Positions 23,542-35,367 of a DNA stretch of 64,000 nt are shown one piece after another. Source of the stretch: Selaginella moellendorffii (taxonomy: Eukaryota; Plantae; Lycopodiophyta); contig NW_003314265.1 of NCBI RefSeq assembly GCF_000143415.4, forward strand, positions 2,621,181 through 2,685,180, written 5' to 3'. Both the position numbers and the translations under genes were made by a program. Each line of letters begins with the position of its first letter. The stretch's first letter is position 1. The notes under the pieces were generated by a model. The model saw only the letters and a list, made by a program, of their open reading frames with translations. It had not been told where the DNA came from and searched no databases.

Positions 23542-26049
23542 TTCTCTTCTAAAGACGATATCAAAGCCTCGCAATCTACTCCTTTATCCTATATATTCAC
23601 GTGCTCGTCTTGCAGTACACGGAAGACAATACATACACCGTTAAGCAAGGACAGCGGAGAGCTCAGCGCTTCTAGCCAGCGAATTGCCACTTGGGAGAAG
23701 CGCAAGGTCTTCCTTTCCCCTCTTCTTTAAAGGCGCGAGACGGAGAAGACGTGTTGCCGAGGAAGCCGGGAAGAAAAAAGAGAACCCCGCCGCAATTTTA
23801 ATAAAAAGGGAGCCAGGAAAGAATGAGATGAGCGGTGATGTCACTGGAGAAAAGATCACCGCCCTCCACTGTAGGTTTCTATATATCTCTCCTCGCTCCG
23901 CTCGGATTGATCGCTATTGATCGCTGGTTCTGAGGACTGCAGTGAAGATTCAACCACATATATATATATCCTCGCTGGGATCGCCAGAGACGATCGCTAC
24001 GATTTCGATGCCTTGTACGCGTACTCGAGCTTTGACCTTTGAGCTGGTAACGAGCGAGTTTCTTTGGCTTGCTTCCTTCCAAGCTTCCTCATTTCCCCAC
24101 GTTTGGAAGGCTTGCAGGGTCAGAGAGCTGCGGCTTATGGTCTTCGTTTCAAATGTGACGAGAGCCAAGCAAGCTACACCACGACCCGCGAGACCATCCG
24201 GGTACTTTCTCTGGGAAGAGCTCGGAAGAGAGACGACCGACGTGGCGGGGGGACTTCCCGGGTGACGTGCGCGGCCATGCTGGACCGCGTCGGAACCACG
24301 TGGCTGGATCTTCGCCCGCCGCTTTGCCGACGTGTCTAACATCGTCGCCGTGGGAAAGTCTCAAACTCCGGTCGTGTGGAAGTCGCGGCTGCTGCTTCCG
24401 CGAAAGATTGCAACCCATGTTCTTTCGAACTTCCTCAAAGGTCTTGGCTTGGCCAATTGCCTTTCTTCCTCCACCCTTGTCCTCTTGTTGAGTAAGCTTT
24501 GGAGATTTTTTTTCAAGTTTAGACTTTGAACATAGGCGTTTATTAATCTCTGCATGAAGCCAGTGGAGGTTCATCGATCCCTCACTCGATCGTGTCCACT
24601 TGTTTGACTTCTTGCTGCGAGGGAGCAGAGATTGCGACCAGTGCTGTTTTGTATTGAATCCGGGAAAAGCGATTAGGATCGAATATGTTCGCGATCCTCG
24701 TTGATCACCATCTTACAGAAGTCCTTGAATGATACGGTACGAAGAGGACAGTGTCGTGACGACATGGATTGACTCAAAGTCTTCCAAATCGTTTTCTTCT
24801 CGTCTTATACATTGGACACTTAAAGTCTTGTGGCAATTCATTAATGTTCGCCCGAAAAACCGTCTGGAATTTGAGGGACGACGACTTAATCCAGATTTAG
24901 AACTAGAGTCAGCGATTGAAAGTCGGTGCTGTCTGTCTCAACTTAAATCTATTTTGATTTTTTTTTTCCACCCAAAACGTCTAACACCCTTTAGAAAACA
25001 AAATCAAACGTGGGGATTGGGCACAACGTGAGGGCCAAGGACTTTTTGCGGGACCCAAAGTTGACGTGCTTCAAATCCCCGGTCCAAAAGTGTAGGCGTG
25101 GAGAGACTCCGTAGAGACCGGCGCTAGGGCCATGTACCAAACAAGGAAGCTGGAGCCACGTCCGCCACCTTTGACTTTGATACTTTTTCGGCCGCGCAAA
25201 GTAGTCGTCTCGGCCATCGTCGTCGGCTTGTAACCTGGTCCAAACTGAAGCGAGGAAAAAGAAAGCAATTGCGTGGTAGAAAACGCAAGAGGAGGAATGC
25301 GAATGGTTGTTTGAAGAAGGAGAACAATGCAATCAAAGTCACGGTAATTCCACGCCCGAGCCCCACGACTACGACGTAGGGCTTAGTGTAGAATGAAAGA
25401 TATTTGTTGCCGACTTACACATTTTGATGTGGCGGGGTTTGTCCTTTTATGAAACGCGCTGCTTCCCAGAAAGGTGCAAGTTTTAGATTGCAACTAAAGG
25501 TTGACAAAGGAAACCCATTTGAAACTCAATGAAGAATTCAAAGCGATCTTGGGAGGGTGGATCGGAATTCGTGGCCCAAGAACGTGTCTCGGCTTCACGT
25601 TTGGATGAACCGTTGACACACGTTTCTGGCCTTGGTGTTTTGAGTGTGAAGGTGCTCAATCCTGTGAAACCCGGATGACAATTTGGACTAGTCATAGTAC
25701 GCAGCACTTGATTGAGAAATCCATCTTGTCTCCCAGCCTTTGTCATATTTGTGAAGAGAAAGTGGTCTTCGATCATCCTAAATCAAACTCGCTCGTGAGG
25801 ATCCGATCACACACTTGACAAAGTATGAAAGTTGGATCTTACACGTCTAGCCCGTGATCTCCAACTGGATTCTAGAGTCATTTGCGTCAGCTAGTCAGGA
25901 TGCTTCCTCCATAACAACTAGGAGCTTATCACTTAGAAAAGTACACAAGAAAGGTCAAGACTAGGTAAAACAAGTAAACCCCTTCCAACCCTAAAAATTT
26001 AAATTGTAGAATATTCTAGAGCATTCTAGGGTCCAGTTAGTTCCATTAA

Positions 26050-27026
26050 TTACCTTCCTCCACTGTGAAGAATGTCGCCATGTAGAGCTCTGCCTCTGTC
26101 CAAGGACTCGACTTTCACTCCGCTGCTCGTCTCTCCGGCAGCTAGAGCAACGGAAGCTTTGAGTGCCACCAAATGGATCTTCCTCACGTCCATCCGCCTG
26201 TAGAGCTCGAGAGCCATCGCTCCATCTCCGCTCTCGGCATAGCCGAGAATCAGCGAGTTCCACGACACCACGTCGTGCTTCCTCGAAGACTTCACGCGTG
26301 CTTCCCAGCTTCTCATATGTGTCCACCAACGCGTTTGCCACGAAGATCTCTCGCTCGTACCCGTTCTTTGCTACTTGAGAACTGATAGCTGTCCTCTGCC
26401 GAGACACGTAGCTTCGTCACTGGCGCTTGATCCCAGGCTCAGGCAAGCTTAGCAGCGAGATAAGTCACGCAGTTTGGTCCTGCATTCGCGACAAGAGATT
26501 TACAGCCTCGTCCCCCTGTCCACTATCAGCGTACCCCGAGAATCAAAGCGCTCCAGGCGACCACCGTGAGATCCACCATCGCGTCCATCACGCTGCCACA
26601 CTAAGTCACCAGAGAGTTTGAGATAGACCGTGCTTCACTGCTTGGCCGTGAAGTGCTCGTGCTCTATCCATGCACTCCATTTCACCATTTTGGAAGAGCT
26701 ATCAATCTTCCCCTGCTCGATCTCTGCTAAGCTAGTGCAGCCCTTGATCGCGGCGAGCAAAGTCACGCGAGCTGGGACGACCATCCGCTCGAGGAGGTCG
26801 AGCGCCAGCTCGCTTTCCAATCTGCGAGAATCATGGCATTCCACGACACAACAGTGCGCTGCGGGATCCCATCGAAGATGCGGCGAGCTTCGGCAGCGGC
26901 GAGAATACATTGCCACGAGCACATCGCGTTGGTGTGGCAATCCTTGAGAGCGGCAAGAGCGATGGGAATCTTACCGTGGCGTTCGAAGACGGTGGCATGG
27001 TTCCTCGAGGCGGGAGAATGCGCCAT
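26050..27026 (-). pseudogene. Degenerate PLS-class PPR pseudogene
   Basis: Fragments in different frames: AEARRIFDGIPQRTVVSWNAMI, GYEREIFVANALVDTYEKLGS, DVVSWNSLILGYAESGDGAMALELYRRM; multiple frameshifts. Confidence 0.8.
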
Positions 27027-27084
27027 AGCTTCCTAGAACCCTAGATTCCTTCGAATCTTATGTTGCTTATTTCGCCCTAAACCC

Positions 27085-28446
27085 ATGGCAGCGGGAGGAG
27101 GAAATGGGAAGGCGCAGGGCGGGCATTCCTCGCGTCTCCCTTCGCAGGAGATGCTCGATGATCTTTGCAGGTGAGGTGTTCTGTGCTGTGATGATCCTCT
27201 TGCCGTGATGCTATTTATTTCTTCCCACAGCCGGTTCGTGCTCAATGCGCCCGAGGAGGAACTGGAATCTTTCGAGCGGATCCTCTTCTTACTGGAGCAA
27301 GCTCACTGGTTCTACGAGGACAACACCATGGAGCAGAATGCTTCCTTGAAATCGCTAACATTGCGAGAGTTCACTGCTCTCAGTAAGATTTCTCCCTCCT
27401 TTTTCTCCCCTTTGCTTACATTTTCTTCCTAGTGTTCCAAAAATGTGTCGCGCTTCGTCCATACATCGCACACTTCGATGATATCTACAAGAACTTTACA
27501 AGCTACAAGACGAGTGTGCCTGTTACTGGTGCGATCATCTTGGACGAGTCTTATGAAAGAGTAAGCTCTAAGAGTCTTTTTTGTTTTCCTGTTTCTCTCC
27601 CTCTCACTATTTCTCGTCAGTGTCTCATGGTCAAGGGATGGAAACCGGGAGCTAGCTGGACTTTTCCCAGAGGCAAGAAGAACAAGGACGAGGAGGATCA
27701 CAACTGTGCTATCAGAGAGGTTTGCGAACTACTTGACGTTTGCTCACTAACTTGTTCTTTTATCAAGGTCTGGGAGGAAACTGGATTCGACGTCTCAGAG
27801 CTCATCAGAACTGACGATCACCTGGAAGTTGTCATCGGGCAGCAACGGATGAGACTCTTCATCGTCGGTGGCGTTCCAGAAGAAACGCTCTTCATTCCTC
27901 AGACAAAGAAAGAGATTAGTGTAAGTGGTCTCGCCCAGTTTTGAGCGGCAAGAACTTGATGAATTGCTTTATTACAGGAGATAGCTTGGCATCGGATAGA
28001 GGACTTACCCAAGCACAGTAATGAATCGTCACACAACAGGGGACCAACGGGGCTCAAGTACTATATGGTGTGGCCATTTCTCAGGTAAGCTTGGACGTGG
28101 AGAACTTTCTCTAAAGTTTCATCGTGCTTACTTGCAGGCCCCTTCAGGCATGGATTGTCAAGAACAGGCCATTGATAACACTGAAGAGCGACAATGGAAG
28201 CAAAGGTATTAATTATCTTCACTTCTCCTTCCAGAAATCTCTCGCTTCTCGGTTCTTGCAGGAGTGACAGTGTGGAAAGCAAATACGAGCGGGCACACAA
28301 CATTCTCGACACCCATTATGGTGAGCCACAGCGTCACGGTTGTGGCAGTGAAGGAGACAACGAGCACCAGCTTCGTAGATCTCCCAGGCAAGAGCTTCCG
28401 GAACTTTCGATTCGACGTGCCGCATATTGTGTCTCATATAGTCTAG
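27085..28446 (+). CDS. DCP2: mRNA-decapping enzyme subunit 2
   Basis: Box A LDDLCSRFVLNAPEEELESFERILFLLEQAHWFYED; YKTSVPVTGAIILD; Nudix box PRGKKNKDEEDHNCAIREVWEETG. Confidence 0.96.
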
Positions 28447-28997
28447 ACACAGCTTCTCTAAGCACACACAACTTCTCTAACCATATAACTCTCTGTGAAT
28501 TATCAAATGTTACACTAAGCAAGTCCCTAATAAGATTTATAAGCTGCTGCGTTGCGTTCTTTCTCTTCCTCAGCCTCCAGTTCACATATGATTTAAGGAA
28601 GGGCCTCTCCTTTTTCTTGAGTGCTGAAACCATCTGACCCCCATTCCATCCCATTTGGCAATCCATTGTTATATACCATCTCCAAGAACACACAAACTTC
28701 CCTTTCAAAAGAGATCAAGCCCTCGTAGAGATTCTTTCGTTGTATGAGAAACAATTCAATCAGCCGAGTAATGTAAAGGAACTTGCGTATGGCCAATGTA
28801 GATCGATCGATCGAATCCGATGAGTAGATCGCAACGATGAGAAGTTGCTGATGTCAGTGATCTCAGTTTTTGGTCCAAAATATCTTGCGTTATGAGATTG
28901 TTGCATTGTATAGAACTGTAGGAAGCCAGCAATTTTGTATAAGAACCAACTTCTTAGCATTTACCTCTAATGTTGGTCTCAAGTTAGTGCCCGTATT

Positions 28998-30143
28998 TTA
29001 ATCAAGTAGTTTGAGCTGCTGCTGGACGTTCCAGAGCGTCTTGGCGGAGCCGCGGAGCTTGGCCGCCTCCTCCTCGGACAGCGGCGCGTTGACCACGCTA
29101 ACCACCCCATTCCGGCCGAGCTGGACTGGCAGGCTCAAGAACACCTCCTCCTCGATCCCGTGAAACCCCTTGGCCATGACCGACACCGGGCAGATCCTCC
29201 TCTGGTCCCGCAGGATGTTTCTTACGATGCTGGCAGTCGAGTAGCCGATCGCCCACGAAGTGTAGCCCTTGAGCCGGATCACCTCGTACGCGCTCTCCAC
29301 CACGCCGCGGTGTAGCTCTTCCAGCTCCGCAGAGGAGCTCGGGCCCCATTCCTCGCGGAGGATCCTCCCCGCGACGCTCACCGTGGACCACACCGGCACC
29401 GAGGAGTCCCCGTGCTCGCCCAGGACGTAGGCCTGGACGTCGCGGGCGTTGGCGCCCATTTGCTCGGCTAAAAGGAACCTGAGCCGCGCGGTATCAAGGT
29501 TGGTGCCGCTGCCAATGACCCGTGTCGCCGGCAGCACGCTGCCCGCAAGCTGCCACGTAGCCCACGCCAGCACGTCCACGGGGTTGGACACCACGAGCAG
29601 CACGGCGCCCGGGCTGTGCCGCACAAGCTCGGGCACTATCTTGCGGTACAGCGCGGCGTTCCGCGCGGTAAGGTCGAGCCGTGTCTCGCCCTCGCGCTGC
29701 CGCGCGCCGGCGGTGATGATGCACACGTCCGACCCGGCGGAGGCGGCGTAGTCGGTGGAGGCGGAGATGGTGGCGCGCTGAAGGAACGCGGCGGCGTGCT
29801 GGAGGTCGAGCATCTCGCCGCGCAGCTTGTCCGGGTTGACGTCGATGAGCGCGAGCTCCTCCGCAAGTTCCTGGGTGAGGATGGTCTGCGCGCACGCCAT
29901 CCCAACGTTGCCCACGCCCACGACGGTGACCTTGGCGCGCTGCTGCTCCGGGCTGGATTGGAGTGGGATGAAGAGGGATCCATGATCGCTACTGTTGGTC
30001 GCGGACAGGACTACGCGATTGAACCGGTGGGTTGTCGATCCTAGTCTAGAGAATGGCGATGACCTCTTGAGAGAGGAAGGAGATCGAAGGGGATTCACCT
30101 GGATTTGACCGGAGGATGGATCGATCGCCGCCGGCATTCTCAT
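28998..30143 (-). CDS. LDH: L-lactate dehydrogenase, intronless
   Basis: VGVGNVG Rossmann motif; AGARQREGETRLDL (Gln specificity residue of LDH); SNPVD; GSGTNLD; GEHGDS; KGYTSWAIG. Confidence 0.95.
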   Translation of the reverse strand: MRMPAAIDPSSGQIQVNPLRSPSSLKRSSPFSRLGSTTHRFNRVVLSATNSSDHGSLFIPLQSSPEQQRAKVTVVGVGNVGMACAQTILTQELAEELALIDVNPDKLRGEMLDLQHAAAFLQRATISASTDYAASAGSDVCIITAGARQREGETRLDLTARNAALYRKIVPELVRHSPGAVLLVVSNPVDVLAWATWQLAGSVLPATRVIGSGTNLDTARLRFLLAEQMGANARDVQAYVLGEHGDSSVPVWSTVSVAGRILREEWGPSSSAELEELHRGVVESAYEVIRLKGYTSWAIGYSTASIVRNILRDQRRICPVSVMAKGFHGIEEEVFLSLPVQLGRNGVVSVVNAPLSEEEAAKLRGSAKTLWNVQQQLKLLD

Positions 30144-33100
30144 CGCAGGGCAAAACACTTTTTTTTGGGAGAAAAAGTGTTCAACCCACGTGGCAAGGCA
30201 TATCACATCATGTAAATCGTATTCTTAACATGGAGCTCCCACAGCGGGCTCGCTGAGCCCAATTCGGCCTGGTGTTACAGAAATCTAAAATCCACTATGC
30301 AACTGCTTGGGCTGTGAGATATTGTGACTTGATACATTGCCGCAAAATTGGAAAATGTGTGAAACATTTCCTGTGGTTTAGATGGGTTATTGTTGGTTAC
30401 CTTACGGTTCATTCATTGCTTGATAAATGAATCGAATAGGAACTAGGAAGAGGTGCAGAATTCCAAGGTTATACATGCGTTAAGAACCCTAAATTTCACG
30501 TAACGAGTGAAATGCTGGGAACCTTATAGTAGAGGGTGGATTTTGTTCTCGCGGCGGGAGAATGCGATGCAAGTCCAAGAACCCTAGATTCTTTTCGAAT
30601 CGTTTGTAGCAAGTATAGGTGTTATTAAGGAAATCGCAAAGAGAGCAATACAAAAGAGTATTACATTAAATTTTACTGAAGTTTTTGAGCAAAAAGATCG
30701 GATGACTGAGCAGGCACAGCTGTTGACATTGCCAGCACAAAACACAACAATTATTTATAGTTGTTTATAAGGAGTTCGACGTCAAAGCGTGTGCTTAGAA
30801 CCTTCAAATTTCAAACTTGTTTTCGCTCCTTAGCCTCACGCATTGCTTTCGCGACACCTCCATATTCCAATTAATTTCCTCAAGTTTCCCTTCCCTTCTC
30901 ATACAACCTCCACTTATTTATTTGGTTGACACCCTGGAGTAATGGAAGGTCTCCCACTGAGGCCATATAAGCCCTTTTCCCCGCTAGAACATGGCATTCT
31001 CCTGCTCGCTGCTTGGCTATGAGGTTGGAGAGATCTGTTTTGCAGCACTGTTGCTGCTCCTGTCTCAGTTCCCCTCCACGCTCCCCATTCATCCAGTTCC
31101 TCTCGGGTTTCTTTGGCCGCGCCACATAGATGCCATTTTTGACCAGTGCCACTGGAGTACCTCCACTGGCACTGGTACAATCACTAACTCCTCAATCAAA
31201 AACGGCATCCATGTGGAGGTTAATGGGAACCGGAGAGCTCAGGTGAATCCAAGGAAAGCGGCAGAGCTGATCAGAGTGCCAAGGCTAGTATGTTGAGTCC
31301 GTTGTTGCTTATCACTGGCATCTCTTTAATCAATTGTTTTGAGAGCCAAGGATCCTCCTTGTAAAATTCTCCGCCCGTAATAAAAATTTCTCTTTGCTCT
31401 TCTCCTTTTCACTAGCGCAACCGTTAACGAGAGCTTTCTTGGCCAAATGGGAATCTGATCAAGAACAAGAAATGAGTCTGCCCATCCTGCGGCAGGAAGA
31501 TCCAATGCGCGTGTAGCAGTCAGGAATTGCTTCATTTTCATGGCGATTAGGAATTCACCGTCTCGACTCTTAATTCTCGAGCACAGAGATCTTTCAACTC
31601 CATGCATACCAGCAAGTCCTCTTGGGCATCTCTGACATGTTGCGCTCGGTTGACGAGTGGAGCTGCTTGATCATCAATATCCCCGCCACTGTGCGTCGAC
31701 TCAGTTTTTGCCACGTGTATGCCACATCATCAGTTAATCGCCACATCACCAATTAAATATTGGGCGGTTTTTATTTAACTAGAAATAATACACCCAGAAT
31801 ATCCTTATATATTCTAGGATATTCTTTCATCTAACTTTTAACTCTAGTACTTTGTTGGTAATTAAGGTTTAATGTTAATAGCCATACCTAAACATTTCCT
31901 TTTACGATTATGATTCACTATATTCTAAGTAATTTATCCCTCAACAGATATCTCACCAAAAAATCATGAATTCCTAAATACGTAAATATTATTCTCATAT
32001 ATGAGGAGCTGACCGATTCTTGGCACAGGATTGCAACTCGTTTTCTTGTTCTTACAAGAAAATGAGTGTGGGGATCGGCTCTTTGCACTGATTCTTGGCA
32101 TAAGAAGGTGAGGCCACATTAGTACAGGAGTAGAGAAATTTGAATAAGAGGAATTTTTATTTAACAACACCTTAATGGTTATTGACAATAACAAACAAAC
32201 TGTTGTCTTGTATTGCTCCTCTCTTGTCGTTGATGCCAATGATCAAGCTCAGCTTGATTAACGAAAAGGAAGAGAGGGGCAATAGGAGGAACCATCTAAA
32301 CATATGCATGGATGCTCCTACTACCTCCCCTTGCATGCACTCTTCAGTGTTGCTGCTGCCAGTGGATCTGCTCAAGCTAGTATCAGGAGATCTTCTAAAC
32401 ACAAGTCTGTGCCGTGGAAAAAGCCACTCTGTTAGAGTTTGCTATCACAGATTGGCCTTTTCCTTGCACTAACTTTCCTGTACAGGAGCTGCAAGAGGCA
32501 ACAGTGGCGAACTAGCCAAATAAGCCATGTGCGCTCTTTCTTCGCCACTAAGTGGTGCAGACACATGGTTCATCTCCTAGTGTTTCCACCCTCCACCAGT
32601 GGTAAGCATTACTTGAGGCAGAAAGGGCAGGAACTATCCATCTACCTATCTACCTCTATGCTGTTTTAATCATGCGGTGTGTCACATGAATGCATGGATG
32701 CAAGAATGCAACTTTTTGTCAGCGTATCTGAGCACTGAGAACGTCTGCACCGTCTTGCAGCGCCGTCGCAACTCCACCACTCACCACGTCTCCGTTGAAC
32801 ACTGGGAAGCCACGGGCGCTACCAAGATTTCCATAGAGAATGGAAGAGGATAGTATACGGGACGCCAAGAGGTGAGGTGGGAATTGAGAACGACTGCGGC
32901 CCCTTGCTGCACCAAGGTCCTCTTGACCCTCACCCCGCTCTTGACCTCACAAAAGGGATACAGGCACGGACTTATATGCTCTGAGGAGCTGGCTCCAGGG
33001 TGTCAACGCATAATCGAGTGCCATGGGTGTTGGAGTTTATGTGAGAAGGGAAAGGAGAAATGTGGAGGTGGCACCTGAAGTTTTAGGGCTCTTAACGGCA

Positions 33101-33240
33101 GAAAATCAGATAAGCACGAGGCTGAAAATATGGAACGAGGGCTGTGCGTGGCGTTTGATCGTAGCAAGGTCTTTGAGGAGGTTATGCCGCCAGCCTTGGT
33201 AAGCTTTGATCATGGCTCAATCTTCCATCCCTCAAGTAAT

Positions 33241-34090
33241 TCACAGAGCTTCGAAAATGCTCGTCTCCCTAGTGGCCTCCAGCGGGACAGTAACGTGTTG
33301 CAACTCCTTGACCTTCTTGGTGATGATCTCGAGCATGGAGATGGCTCCCTGACAGTGAGCAGCTTGCCACTGGACGAGCCTGTGCATACATGCAAGTGCA
33401 TCCCCAACATGTTGCGCTTCGTTGAAATGCCCGAGACCAGCTGCTTGCGATGTTTTTCTGGATGCGAACCTCTCTGAACTCTGGCACAATCCTTTAGAGA
33501 CGACGACGTAAAAAAGATATCTAAAAGGTACCTGGGTGAAGCTCCTCGCAAATCCGCTTCTCTGTCTTGGACTGTGTGCCGCCTGATCCGCTGGTCTTCC
33601 AGGATGTCGGCGGAGGCGAACTTTCTTCACTTCCAGAATAAATTCCTGCATGTCTCTGCAACGTTGCAGGACAAGATCTATCCATCTATATGCTGTTTTT
33701 AGTCTCGCTGTGCCCATTGAAAAGCATGAGACTGTATGCTATGCAATGCAATTGAATTCTTGCCTGCTGCTCAGGGATGCGGTTTGTACCTTCTGAGCTT
33801 CTTCTCCAGGTTTCTTTCTCCACCACTTTGGCCTTGAGCTCTTGTCCTGCCTTCTCACAAGTTCTGACATGTTAATGACTAGAGCTTCCTTCTACAACGT
33901 CAAGTCTGTCCTTCGCCATGCTCTCCCTGCTCACAAACTCACTTGATCGCTCTGTGCGCTAGTAGCTGTCCTTGCACAGAGAGAGGCTCCTCTTCCTGCT
34001 CTGCAATCTTTCGTTTTCTACGCAGAGCTGCTTCTCTGCTGCCACCCTTGCTTCCTGTAAAGCGAATTCTTGTCCGTTGTAAGCTTTCGT
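33241..34090 (-). pseudogene. Truncated, degenerate duplicate of the 3' part of the coiled-coil gene at 35368-37578
   Basis: Shared segments with intron sequence retained: RDMQEFILE, REVRIQK, GISTKRNML, GAISMLEIITKKVKELQHVTV; deletions and frameshifts. Confidence 0.8.
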
Positions 34091-34299
34091 CCCAGCACCG
34101 TCGACCATGCCAGAGCATCCGGTGAAAAAGAACCAGCAGTTCCACCTCCGTCACATCTTTCTCGCCAGGCTGCGGTAGTGCTCTCATCCATGCAAACCGC
34201 TTGCAGCTCCGCTGGACGGCATACACGCCGACAATGTTGTTCCACGACGCCACATTGAGCTTCGAATGAAGTTGTGTTTTTAGCCTGCTGGGATTTAGA

Positions 34300-34790
34300 A
34301 TTTAGTTTGTGTCACGGGATCAGTCCCAAGCACCATCAACTTCTTTCTGATGGTGGAGTTCCAGCAGTTCTTGATCTGGTAGTCCGTGCGACCGGGGAGC
34401 TTTGCAGACCATGTGCCAGTTATGTACAGGACAAAATTTCAGAAACAGTAGAAACATATTCATGACCCACCTGTTTCTCACAATTGCATGCATTTCCACA
34501 ATGAACTCCTTCAGAAATCACTGTGGTTGAGCCCCGGCCTCAGATAGTTGCAGCCTGCAGCTCTTCCCGCCTGTAACTAGCTCAGTGATCATCACAGACA
34601 ATTGTCTACGAAAGCTTCTCATGACTGATGTGTATATATGTACTAGCATGCTTTGGAACTTAACTCCATCGGCTGTGATCGTGCTTGAGCACGCACTCGA
34701 TCAATAACTCGTCTTCAAATGGCGACCATAGCCCACGCCGTAGCATTCCTTGCTCCAGGATTTGTCCTAGTACATACTAACTTCCATTCT
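34300..34790 (-). pseudogene. R2R3-MYB pseudogene
   Basis: LRRGLWSPFEDELLIECVLKHDHSRWS*VPKHA; GKSCRL..NYLRPGL (frameshifted); [32 protein letters not shown]; canonical three-exon layout with an in-frame stop. Confidence 0.85.
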
Positions 34791-35367
34791 CCAGTGAGAT
34801 CCAAACTGAAAACTTTACGTTCCTGGAGCTGTGCACTTGTTTGTGCCCAAGTACGAAAACATTCCTCTTCGAGTGACTATATAAAGTCATATAAAGAATT
34901 GTCGACATTGTTGCCGTGCTTCTACAGTTTCCTTCGAAAACCTTCGAAGTTGGCTGCGATTATCATTTCTTAAAAAAGATTCATGGTCTCAAGCCTTACC
35001 AAATCCTTGACGCTCAAGCTTTTCCTTCTTTTATAGATCAACTTGACGCAAGATGCCAAGGCTTTCGTATAATCAAGTCTGATACGCGTGAAACGCACCC
35101 GTAGACTACTCGACCAAAAATATTTCAGTACACATGTTTATAATTCATAAACGATTCAAATATCATTACGGAGGGAGTTTCTTCCTTTGCTTCTGGCGCC
35201 CGTAGAATTAAAAGACAAATCAGCTCATCGATAGATCACATCACATTGATATCGATGAATTCCCTCGAGTAATTTATATATATACAAAGAAAGCTATCTA
35301 GAATGCCCGTCTCCCTCCTGTCAAAAACCATAGCTGTGTGTACTACAGCACTGATGCCTATGGATCA

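Noticed and set aside
30880-33100. Scattered 60-100 aa ORFs
   Set aside because: No recognisable domains or coherent gene model; probably decayed fragments
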